Shown here: piece after piece, positions 22,274-30,584 of the stretch
Position numbering within the stretch: the stretch's first letter is position 1
Layout: each line of letters starts with the position of its first letter
Assembly (NCBI GenBank): GCA_024998625.1
Contig: JACOEL010000021.1
Location: forward strand, 114 to 64,113
DNA: 64,000 bases
Origin: Nitrospira sp.
GTDB lineage: Bacteria; Nitrospirota; Nitrospiria; Nitrospirales; Nitrospiraceae
Reading direction: 5' to 3'
The notes under the pieces: model-generated
Seen by the model: only the letters and a program-made list of their open reading frames with translations
Told to the model about the DNA's origin: nothing
Databases searched by the model: none
Position numbers and translations under genes: made by a program

Positions 22274-23037
22274 TCAGACTCCTCCACTAGATCCCCCTCT
22301 GCAACCGCCGAAAAGGTACGCGACACAAGAATCGCTCCAAAGGTTTCGCTCTGAAACACACGCACGACCCTGATTCGAATCAGTTCGAGCAAGGCCAAGA
22401 ACGTCACTATCACCACAAGCCGATGACTCGACTCCTCGAACAGCGCCGTAAAGGTCATGGATTCATGCAGTTCCAGCGCCTCAATAATGGCGCTCATACG
22501 GGTGCGGACCGTGAGGTTGTCCGGGATAATTTCAACAAGTCGCTTGCCCGGATGGCGGGACAAGACCCCTTGCAGCGCATCAACCAGATCAAAGAGGGAA
22601 ATCTCGTCGAGCAGACTCTCGTCTGTCGTGACCTCAACCGGCGGACCGGGCTCGCGCAAAAACACGTCCCGCCACAAACGTTCTTTATAGTCCAGCTGCG
22701 AAGCCGCCTCTTTGAACTGCTTATATTCAAGCAGTCGCCGGACGAGTTCTTCGCGTGGATCAGGGCCGTCCTCCTCGTCCACCGACACCTCGTCGACCGG
22801 CAACAACATCCGTGACTTGATATGCAGCAACGTCGCCGCCATCACGAGGAATTCACCGGCCACAGCCAGATTCAATTCCTTCATCACCGACAAATAGTCC
22901 AAGTACTGCTGAGCGATCAGCGCAATCGGAATATCGTAGATGTTGATTTCGTTTTTCTTGATGAGGTGCAAGAGGAGATCGAGAGGACCTTCGAAATTCT
23001 CGATCTTGACTTGGTAGGGCAGTTCAGGTTGGTCCAT
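22258..23037 (-). CDS. scpA: Segregation/condensation protein ScpA
   Basis: FEGPLDLLLHLI, EFLVMAATLLHIKSRMLLP, TFLALLEL, Q.ETFG.I. Confidence 0.95.
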   Translation of the reverse strand: MDQPELPYQVKIENFEGPLDLLLHLIKKNEINIYDIPIALIAQQYLDYLSVMKELNLAVAGEFLVMAATLLHIKSRMLLPVDEVSVDEEDGPDPREELVRRLLEYKQFKEAASQLDYKERLWRDVFLREPGPPVEVTTDESLLDEISLFDLVDALQGVLSRHPGKRLVEIIPDNLTVRTRMSAIIEALELHESMTFTALFEESSHRLVVIVTFLALLELIRIRVVRVFQSETFGAILVSRTFSAVAEGDLVEESEWKNL

Positions 23038-23135
23038 CAGGTACGCAGTACTCCCTTGGCCAAATTTTCAATCTTATACCAATTTATGGGGGGATCGGGC
23101 AAGACCAAAACTATATGTTGTGGGTTCAGCCAGGG

Positions 23136-24245
23136 CTACTTGGCCCTGATGATATAGAGCAACAGCCCCAGCGCCATCACAAACAGGACGATCGTGACAG
23201 CCTGGGAAAATGGAGCCGAGGCGGGAGCCGTAGGACTCGGCACCGTTGTGCTGACACGAGCGGTTCTGGTCAGCAGCGGTGCGCGTGCGAAAGTCGCCTG
23301 CGCGAGATCATCGGCCTGTTTAAATGCGGCATCCGAAAAGTCGGCCTGCGATCCGAACCGCGCGGAGGCAAAAGTAGCTGGACGGTCGAAGATGGCGAAT
23401 AGAAAAAAGGCCTCCCGATCGAACTGAGACGAAGAGAAGTCGCACTTCGCACGGCAATGCGCGCCGGAGAATCCTGTGCCGAGATGAAATGCCGCGCGCG
23501 AAAAATTCGCATCCTGCTCAAACACCACTTCCAGAAACTCAGTCAATCCCTGAAAGGTCGCCCCGCGAAAAATCGCCGGGCCGGAGAACATCGAGCGGTG
23601 AAATCGAGCGTGCGGACCGAAATGCGTCTCGGAAAACATAGCCCCCTGCGTAAATCGATCCTGGACAAAATAACTCTCCTGATGGAAGGTCGCATTCGAT
23701 CCATCGACCAGGCCGAGAAACACGGTGCGCGAAAGGTCGACGAATCCGGCGAAGTCCGTGTGCGCCAGAACCACCGGTCCGGTGATCAACAGAAATCCGC
23801 TCTTGAGCCGGTTGACAATCCGTCCTTTCACCTTTGACTGCCTGATGACGAATGGCCCGCGGATGACATGCACCTCCTCGTCATTCAGCCCCTCAAGCAC
23901 TCGACGATCCTCGGGTGCCAGGTCGCCCACTGCACTCACCTTCTGAGCCGGCAGCTCATCAAGCACCAGGTCGCCCTGAATCACAACCCCGGATAAATCC
24001 AGCCCCTTCCCCGCCGCCAGGGCCCGCAGCAATTCCTGCGCAGATACGGCACGCGCCTCCCGCTCGGCCTCAGTACAGGTATTCGGTAAATGCAGGGTGA
24101 ACACAGCCGCTGCGTTTTTCACGCCCGTCTCCGCAGCACATTCTGCGCGCAACATCCCAGGGAGCAGCACCACTCCACACAGCACCGCTATTGCGGCCCA
24201 GATGTGAAATCCACTAGGTCGAGTGGATAGGGGTGATGATTCCAT
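23136..24245 (-). CDS. Exported pentapeptide-repeat protein with C-terminal membrane anchor
   Basis: Signal peptide; repeated A.F/..F units (ATFHQESYF, ARFHRSMF, ANFSRAAF); Pro/Thr linker, TM helix, RAK tail. Confidence 0.8.
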   Translation of the reverse strand: MESSPLSTRPSGFHIWAAIAVLCGVVLLPGMLRAECAAETGVKNAAAVFTLHLPNTCTEAEREARAVSAQELLRALAAGKGLDLSGVVIQGDLVLDELPAQKVSAVGDLAPEDRRVLEGLNDEEVHVIRGPFVIRQSKVKGRIVNRLKSGFLLITGPVVLAHTDFAGFVDLSRTVFLGLVDGSNATFHQESYFVQDRFTQGAMFSETHFGPHARFHRSMFSGPAIFRGATFQGLTEFLEVVFEQDANFSRAAFHLGTGFSGAHCRAKCDFSSSQFDREAFFLFAIFDRPATFASARFGSQADFSDAAFKQADDLAQATFARAPLLTRTARVSTTVPSPTAPASAPFSQAVTIVLFVMALGLLLYIIRAK

Positions 24246-24327
24246 ACACACTCTCCGAACCAACCGAGAAACACGTAAACGTGCGAACGCTTTACTCCCC
24301 CAATGCCTTTGCTACACTTCGACTCAT

Positions 24328-25008
24328 ATGTCCGCCGTTACACCGGAGGTTCGCACCAGCAGAGGCCGGCGCTTCCTATGCATGGTCTTTGTCTGCACCG
24401 CTTTGCTACTCGCAACTATCCCGCTCGTCGGTGCGGAATCGGTGGTCGAAGTCCCGATGCTCGCGGCGATCCAAGCGAATAACCTCGGCGTATTCGAAGT
24501 GCTCCTGTTGCGTTGGGATCACCGGCCAAGCCCCTCTCCCATGGAACTGCAATGGCAAGGCGGCAACATCCGGCCCGGACAGACCAACCTCAGCTCCATG
24601 GTCCTTGCTTTTCAATATGCGCTCGACCACACGCCACAGATCGATCATGCGGGCACAGTCAGTGCCATGGGCATCGCATACGCCGCAACTGGGACAGACG
24701 GCCCAAGCGCCGGGGCAGTAATGACGGTCGGATTTGCGGCACTATTGAAAGGAGATCACATCCGGCGAGGGATCGCCTTAACCGGCACGATGACCAAGGA
24801 TGGCACCATCGGACCCGTGGGCGGCATCCCTGATAAGATCCGTGCGGCAGCCCGTGAGGGTTATCGCACGATCCTGATCCCCCAAGGCCAGCAGGACGAT
24901 CCGCGCTGGAACCTCAGCCGGCTCGCCTGGGAGCTCAACGTTGAAGTCACAGAGGTCGCCACAGTCGAGGAGGCCTACCGCCTCATGACCGGAGGCACAC
25001 TCGACTAG
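24328..25008 (+). CDS. Stand-alone Lon/S16 protease domain with signal peptide
   Basis: DGPSAG (Ser), TGTM...G.IGPVGGIPDKI (Lys), V.EV.TVEEA; no AAA+ domain. Confidence 0.85.
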   Translation: MSAVTPEVRTSRGRRFLCMVFVCTALLLATIPLVGAESVVEVPMLAAIQANNLGVFEVLLLRWDHRPSPSPMELQWQGGNIRPGQTNLSSMVLAFQYALDHTPQIDHAGTVSAMGIAYAATGTDGPSAGAVMTVGFAALLKGDHIRRGIALTGTMTKDGTIGPVGGIPDKIRAAAREGYRTILIPQGQQDDPRWNLSRLAWELNVEVTEVATVEEAYRLMTGGTLD

Positions 25009-25036
25009 GAACTCCGCGGCGGGCGCACGTGGTCCG

Positions 25037-25489
25037 CTACGCCTCCACTCCCAACCCTTCGACGATTGCCCGAAACTCCTTATCCGTGAGTCGATGCATC
25101 CCGAGGCCAAGCCTGCGACTCAACTCGGCCTGCTCCTCGATGCCCAACACCCGCTGAAGCAGGGCGTGACAGTCCGGCGCATGAACCTGCCAACGCCTGA
25201 GCGGCGTAATCTGAACAAATCCATATCGGGTTTCTGTTCGCACCTCGTCCTTGAGCAATTCATCCAGGGCTTGAAACGGCCGGACCGGCGACGTAATCGC
25301 AAATTCTGCTCGAATGCCCTCCTTCAGTACATACACCAGTCCGTGGGAGTCAGGCATCAAAAACTTCTGGAGATTGTCGCGAATCAAGGCCGTGCAGAGG
25401 CCCCAAATCCCGGCGCCAAGCTGCAGCTCGGCACTCTCCTGGGAAGTCCGTTCACGAAGGGCTCCGGCGATAAACAAAAAATGGCTCAT
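25037..25489 (-). CDS. Hypothetical protein, possibly EVE/PUA-like
   Basis: WG near the N-terminus and GMHRLTDKEFRAI at the C-terminus recall EVE domains; weak. Confidence 0.55.
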   Translation of the reverse strand: MSHFLFIAGALRERTSQESAELQLGAGIWGLCTALIRDNLQKFLMPDSHGLVYVLKEGIRAEFAITSPVRPFQALDELLKDEVRTETRYGFVQITPLRRWQVHAPDCHALLQRVLGIEEQAELSRRLGLGMHRLTDKEFRAIVEGLGVEA

Positions 25490-25665
25490 GAAATCTACAG
25501 GATCAGGATGATGGCCAGAAATCACTACCAGCAGAGCACCACAGTGACGGGCTGGAGGACTCTCCTCAAGACAGCCCCCGGCCTGTTCAGTGGAGCCTTC
25601 ACAGGCTGGGGAGCACGTGAGGCATCGACCGGGCACAACCCGGCATGCCACGCCACCAACGTGGG

Positions 25666-26253
25666 CTAATTGTTGCGATACTCGTCTGCGTCGTCGAGGA
25701 GATCTTCCGACTTTTCCAGATAGTCCACGTCGTCGTCTTCACCATCGAGGCCGAGTTCTTCTTCGATCTCTTCCTCGATTTCTTCCGACACATCATCAAG
25801 GTCTTCCGCCATTTCCTCTTCGTCGTCGAGCTCCACCTGTTGCGGTTCAGGTTCCACCTTCGACGCCTTGCTGACCTCCGGCACTGGAGGCTTCGCAGGT
25901 TTCGATTCAGGAATCACGGCCGAGGGCTCGACCGGGGATTTGACCTTGGGGGGCGCAGGCTTCGGTTTGGGCTTCGCCGCAGGCTTGACCGCTTTCGGCG
26001 CCGGCTTCACCGCTTTGGGGACAGGTTTGGCCTTGGAGGGACGTTTAGCCGCTGCAGCGGACTTTTGGGCCACTGTTCTTGCAGGCTTGACGGCTTTCTT
26101 CGCGGCAGGTCTCCCCTTCACCGCCTTTTTGGCCTTCACAGGCTTCTTGGCAGTCACGGCTTTCTTCGGTTTCGTCGCCTTTTTCACCGCGACTTTTTTC
26201 GGCCGCGAGGTTTTGGCAGCAACGCTTTTCTTTTTCACGACTTTCTTCGCCAT
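25666..26253 (-). CDS. Histone-H1-like Lys/Ala/Pro-rich protein with acidic C-terminus
   Basis: GAGGAGG RBS; KKAVK/PAKK repeats, then D/E-rich tail. Confidence 0.8.
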   Translation of the reverse strand: MAKKVVKKKSVAAKTSRPKKVAVKKATKPKKAVTAKKPVKAKKAVKGRPAAKKAVKPARTVAQKSAAAAKRPSKAKPVPKAVKPAPKAVKPAAKPKPKPAPPKVKSPVEPSAVIPESKPAKPPVPEVSKASKVEPEPQQVELDDEEEMAEDLDDVSEEIEEEIEEELGLDGEDDDVDYLEKSEDLLDDADEYRNN

Positions 26254-26504
26254 TCCACGTCCTCCTCTCAGGTCTTCAGCATGGCACGTCGGTGGTAAAG
26301 CGGCCTCCATCTAGCATGAACAACCAGGTTCTTGCAACCATCCTGCACCTATGGCTGACTGTGTCAGACTGCAACGCTGTCGCCTCCCTCCAAGCATTCA
26401 CATTCGTGATATCGGCGCCGCCCCAGAGGCCGACTGAATCCTTCCGTCAAGAACCTGTCTCTATGTATAATAGACGTATATTTATTCACCGGAATGACGA
26501 CGCT

Positions 26505-26879
26505 ATGAGCTGGCGACTGCTCCTCTTCGTATTGGCGACAAGCACCCTGATGGCCTGGCCAACCTCTGCGACGCCGCCGGCCACGCAAGTCCTGATGGAC
26601 AGCGGATCACCCTATTATGTGCCTGCCGCCGTGACCGTCACCGCTGGCGGGGCCATCCGTTGGGAAAATCCAACGCCCACCCACCATACCGTGACCCACG
26701 ATGCATGCCTCGAAGAAAGCGGCCGTTGCGCCTTCGACTCAGGAGCCGTCGAACCGGGAGGAGCCTATACCATCCCTAGCCTGCCGCCTGGCCGTTACCC
26801 CTACCAATGTCGCATTCACCCTATTATGCGCGGCATAATCATCGTAACGGATTCACCATTGCTTCCCTCGCAGACGTAG
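26505..26879 (+). CDS. Periplasmic type-1 copper cupredoxin (plastocyanin/amicyanin-like)
   Basis: Signal peptide; HTV and C-x2-H-x2-M (CRIHPIM) ligands. Confidence 0.9.
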   Translation: MSWRLLLFVLATSTLMAWPTSATPPATQVLMDSGSPYYVPAAVTVTAGGAIRWENPTPTHHTVTHDACLEESGRCAFDSGAVEPGGAYTIPSLPPGRYPYQCRIHPIMRGIIIVTDSPLLPSQT

Positions 26880-26960
26880 CCACTCCTCTTCGTCGAGGTT
26901 CTTGCACGTCAGCGCCGCGCTCGTGTAGGCTGCGGCTTTTCGTGCCCAGGACCTAACCAG

Positions 26961-28454
26961 ATGAAAGCTGCCGCAGCCATCCAAGAGCCACTCACATTGA
27001 GCGGCGACACCTTGAGCCTGCTTGCCTGGCGTATTCCCGACCTCGTGGCCTACCAGCACGCCTTCGACGAATGGTGGCTGGCGCCGCTCGACGACGACTT
27101 CCCGCTCGTCCGGCTCAATGCCGTCGGGATTGAAATGCTCACCTCGATGAACGGTCACATTACGGTGGGCGCGCTCTTGGAGAAGTACGGCAATAAGATC
27201 TGCGGCCCGGACGGCCAGCCAGGTTCCTGGCACCTGGCGCGGTGGTCCACGCCCAATTATTCACTGTGTTACTTCGGCACGGAGCCACCCGGGGGCCATC
27301 GCCACAAGGCCAAATGGGACCTGCTCCTGCAGCAAATCCGGGAAGGCTGGTCGGGGCAGCAGGAGTTCGAAGGCGAGGAACACCTCGAAGACTTCCATGT
27401 CCACGAGTTGAAGGAAAGCGACTTGGAGGATGGCCACTTCGATCTGATCGAAACCACCGTCTCCCACCTTTTCCGGGAACCCTGCGAAGCCCTGGGCGGC
27501 ACGACTTATGGCCGCCTGCTCATGCGCCAGCTACGCCGGCTCGGCTGGTTCAAACCGAAGCCAAAAGTCATTGTCGAGATCGGTGGTGGATTGGGTTATG
27601 TCGCCCGCGAGCTAGGACAGGAACTGCTGCCGTTCGAGAAACAAGGAATCCACTACATTTCGCTGGATGTCACCCGCCCGTTCTTGCAGCTGCAAACCAA
27701 ACGCGCCAAGGCCGGCGGCTGGACCGGCACCGGCACCCATGCCAACGGTGAATGCCTGCCCTTTAGAGACAACTCCGTCGACCTCATCATCGACAACGAA
27801 AATATGGCCGACATGACGCCGGTGAAGCTCAGCCGCAAGGAACTCACGGAAGGCACAGGCGAGACCGCACAACATCAAGAAGCGCTAGATTGGATCAGGC
27901 GGCTGCGGTTGCCGCTTGAGAAGGAATTGCCCGAAGAAGTGATCTTCAATCTGGGACCGATGCGGTTCGTGGCCGAAGTCTGGCGGGTACTCAAGCCGGG
28001 TGGTCGGGCATTTCTCACGGAGTTTGGCGTCGAAGAAGGTTGGCCCGCCGCCGTGAAGCTCCCCCACCACACGGAATACGAGGTGCAGTACAACCACCTG
28101 CGACAAGCGGTACGTTGGCTTGGCTTTCAGGAGCGGTACCTGTCACTCCCGCAGTTTTTACAGATCAAACCGGACACGAAAGTCCTCTGCACCGGCGCAG
28201 CCTATACGATTCAACGATTCTGTCAGGGACTGGGGCAGAGCTTTTCTGTGCGAGCCTACACGGAAAGGGAGCTCACCAAAACCCTGGGCGACATCCTCCC
28301 CAAGCTCCAAGGCTGCCACTACCACGACATCGCCGACCCGGCCTGGTTCGGCCTCATCGACTTCAAAGTGCTGCTGCTCGAAAAGCCGGGCGGTACCCCG
28401 CAACCGACCTTCACCGAACAAAAGAGCGGCCTCCGCTGGTATTCGCAGCGGTAA
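26961..28454 (+). CDS. Class I SAM-dependent methyltransferase (MidA/NDUFAF7-like) with RRE-like N-terminus
   Basis: VEIGGGLG motif I, YISLDV, IIDNENMAD; N-terminal LNAVGIEMLTSMNGHITVGALL. Confidence 0.75.
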   Translation: MKAAAAIQEPLTLSGDTLSLLAWRIPDLVAYQHAFDEWWLAPLDDDFPLVRLNAVGIEMLTSMNGHITVGALLEKYGNKICGPDGQPGSWHLARWSTPNYSLCYFGTEPPGGHRHKAKWDLLLQQIREGWSGQQEFEGEEHLEDFHVHELKESDLEDGHFDLIETTVSHLFREPCEALGGTTYGRLLMRQLRRLGWFKPKPKVIVEIGGGLGYVARELGQELLPFEKQGIHYISLDVTRPFLQLQTKRAKAGGWTGTGTHANGECLPFRDNSVDLIIDNENMADMTPVKLSRKELTEGTGETAQHQEALDWIRRLRLPLEKELPEEVIFNLGPMRFVAEVWRVLKPGGRAFLTEFGVEEGWPAAVKLPHHTEYEVQYNHLRQAVRWLGFQERYLSLPQFLQIKPDTKVLCTGAAYTIQRFCQGLGQSFSVRAYTERELTKTLGDILPKLQGCHYHDIADPAWFGLIDFKVLLLEKPGGTPQPTFTEQKSGLRWYSQR

Positions 28455-28616
28455 GAAGAGGCACAGGGCGACCAGACCGCCCTCGAAGAATAGAGAAGGA
28501 AGGAGACCCTCGTTGCACCGTGTAGCGGAGAGTAGTCCGATCACGCTACTGAGGAGTTAAAACGAAATACGGAATTCGCATCGACTGGATCGCATATTTT
28601 CTTCAAGATAATATCT

Positions 28617-29207
28617 TTACCGACTGTTGAGAAAATACGTGAAATTGCCGACTTCGCCCCAGAACACTCGATCTGTTTTGAAGGGCATCCCTAACCTGAG
28701 CATAACGGGATTGGGCATAAGTTCTCCTGCCTCTGCCTGCTTCCGATACAAGAAGAGCAGGAGCAGGAATAAACCACAGACTGAATTTAGGGTGTTCTTC
28801 AGATTCGCTTCCGAATAACGTTCATGTCGTTGATGTTTCACAGCATTATAGGCTCGCCACCAATCGGGGCTTCTATTTTCACGCCAATTGTCCCATGGTC
28901 TAAGCATGAGGCCATAACGAGGAATTTCAACCTCTGTGTCGCCCAAGATCGGTTTAGCCCCTATAATAGTACACCTATAACCATCCATGTTTTCCATACG
29001 ACAACCTGGATCTAGATTCTCGCATAACTGTTGGGCCACGATAGCGACTTCTGCAGATGAGGCGAGCAGTATGCGAACTAGCTCGATTGAGTATGTCTGA
29101 AAGTTGTCGGCAGAGAATTCGATGAAACGTGAAAGTCGATGTAGGTCCGCTTCAACAGCAAGAAAATATTGCCAGTGATGCAGCTTCTTCGACTCAATGA
29201 TTGCCAT
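28617..29207 (-). CDS. Low-GC hypothetical protein (WW..YN.VKH.R motif)
   Basis: 196-aa ORF; two sampled 60-nt lines are 45-47% GC, well below the flanks. Confidence 0.8.
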   Translation of the reverse strand: MAIIESKKLHHWQYFLAVEADLHRLSRFIEFSADNFQTYSIELVRILLASSAEVAIVAQQLCENLDPGCRMENMDGYRCTIIGAKPILGDTEVEIPRYGLMLRPWDNWRENRSPDWWRAYNAVKHQRHERYSEANLKNTLNSVCGLFLLLLFLYRKQAEAGELMPNPVMLRLGMPFKTDRVFWGEVGNFTYFLNSR

Positions 29208-29256
29208 ATATCACTATTGGTTTTTGTAACCCACCTTGCACCAAGGGACTGTCAAT

Positions 29257-30210
29257 TCAGACTATTCTTTGGTTCAAATCTATAAGCACCCCCTCCCTCA
29301 ACCCCAAATCACTGACCAGACATTCCCTCTTTCCCAGCGCCTCCATCACTGTTCGCAGAATGATCGCGCCGGCGGCGATGACTTCTTCCCGGCCTTGTTC
29401 CAGGCCGGGCATGCCTTCTCGTTGAGCCTTCGATCTGCTGAGAAGCCGGGATTCCAGGTCTTTAACTGTTTCCAGGTTCAATATGTAACTGTGAATCCTG
29501 GCCGGTTCATAGGCAGGCAACTGCTGAGCCATTGCGGCTAGGGACGTGATCGTTCCGGCGGTACCAACAAATGTGGGCCCGGACGGCCGTAGCATGTCAG
29601 CGACAGCCACAGCCATTTCATTCCGCACCCAGTCCCGCGCTTCTTGTACCTCCTCCGCGGTCGGCGGATCACCATGCAGAATCCGTTCGCACAACCGCAC
29701 CACACCGATATCGATGGATCTCGCCAGCGTCGCCTGGCCGGGCCGGTCCAGAATAAACTCGGTGCTCCCTCCCCCGATATCCAGGGCCAGAAGATCAGTC
29801 ACGCCAGGGGGCAGGCCGGAACGGATACCGAGCATCGTGCGACGCGCTTCTTCTTCACCGGAAATGATCTCAACCTGGAAACCGGATTCCCTCCGCACCA
29901 GGTCCAGGAACTCATCACGATTAGCGGCGTCGCGCACGGCGCTCGTAGCTACAGCTGTTGCCGCGTCAACATGATAGCTCTCGATGACCTGACGCCATTC
30001 CTTCAACGTGGCCACCACCCGCTCCATGGCATCGGGACGGAGCACACGATCTCGATCCACCCCTTGGCCGAGCCGAAGTATGCGCCGGTCAGATCGGAGT
30101 TCCCGCAGCCCTCCGACAAGGGTTAGTTCTGCTATGAGCAAACGACAGGTGAGCGTCCCGATATCGATACCAGCGAAAATTCGAGGAGAGGCCGTTGTCT
30201 GGCTGGTCAT
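29257..30210 (-). CDS. ppx: Ppx/GppA exopolyphosphatase
   Basis: DIGT..CRL, ATSAVRDAAN, ISGEEEA, DIGGGSTE, GLREG. Confidence 0.92.
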   Translation of the reverse strand: MTSQTTASPRIFAGIDIGTLTCRLLIAELTLVGGLRELRSDRRILRLGQGVDRDRVLRPDAMERVVATLKEWRQVIESYHVDAATAVATSAVRDAANRDEFLDLVRRESGFQVEIISGEEEARRTMLGIRSGLPPGVTDLLALDIGGGSTEFILDRPGQATLARSIDIGVVRLCERILHGDPPTAEEVQEARDWVRNEMAVAVADMLRPSGPTFVGTAGTITSLAAMAQQLPAYEPARIHSYILNLETVKDLESRLLSRSKAQREGMPGLEQGREEVIAAGAIILRTVMEALGKRECLVSDLGLREGVLIDLNQRIV

Positions 30211-30220
30211 CGGCTGAGGC

Positions 30221-30547
30221 TCACTGTCCTTCGACCGTGATGTCGTTCATTTCCAGCAGCAACTTGGTGCGTTCATCCTGTAGCGTTCGCACCTGTTGCA
30301 TCAGGCGGGTGATTTCAGAATCGGACAGGATACGGTCTGCCGATTCACCACGATCGTGCAACGCAATCGTCCGTTCGCCGATGTCCCCGTGGAGATCATC
30401 AAGCTGCTGATCCACCTTTCGCAATTCCAAGCGGTAGCGCAGTAGTTCGCCCTCTTCCAGCGCGCGCGTGGCGGCCTTGGCCGTGCCGTGCCGCAAGGTC
30501 ACCCAGCCCGCCCGCAAATCGTGACTCAAGCGCTGCAACATTCCCAT
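30221..30547 (-). CDS. Hypothetical coiled-coil protein
   Basis: 108-aa ORF between recG and ppx, helical heptad character. Confidence 0.75.
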   Translation of the reverse strand: MGMLQRLSHDLRAGWVTLRHGTAKAATRALEEGELLRYRLELRKVDQQLDDLHGDIGERTIALHDRGESADRILSDSEITRLMQQVRTLQDERTKLLLEMNDITVEGQ

Positions 30548-30584
30548 CGATCACCCTCCACCCAACCGGCAGTGTCCCAGCTGC

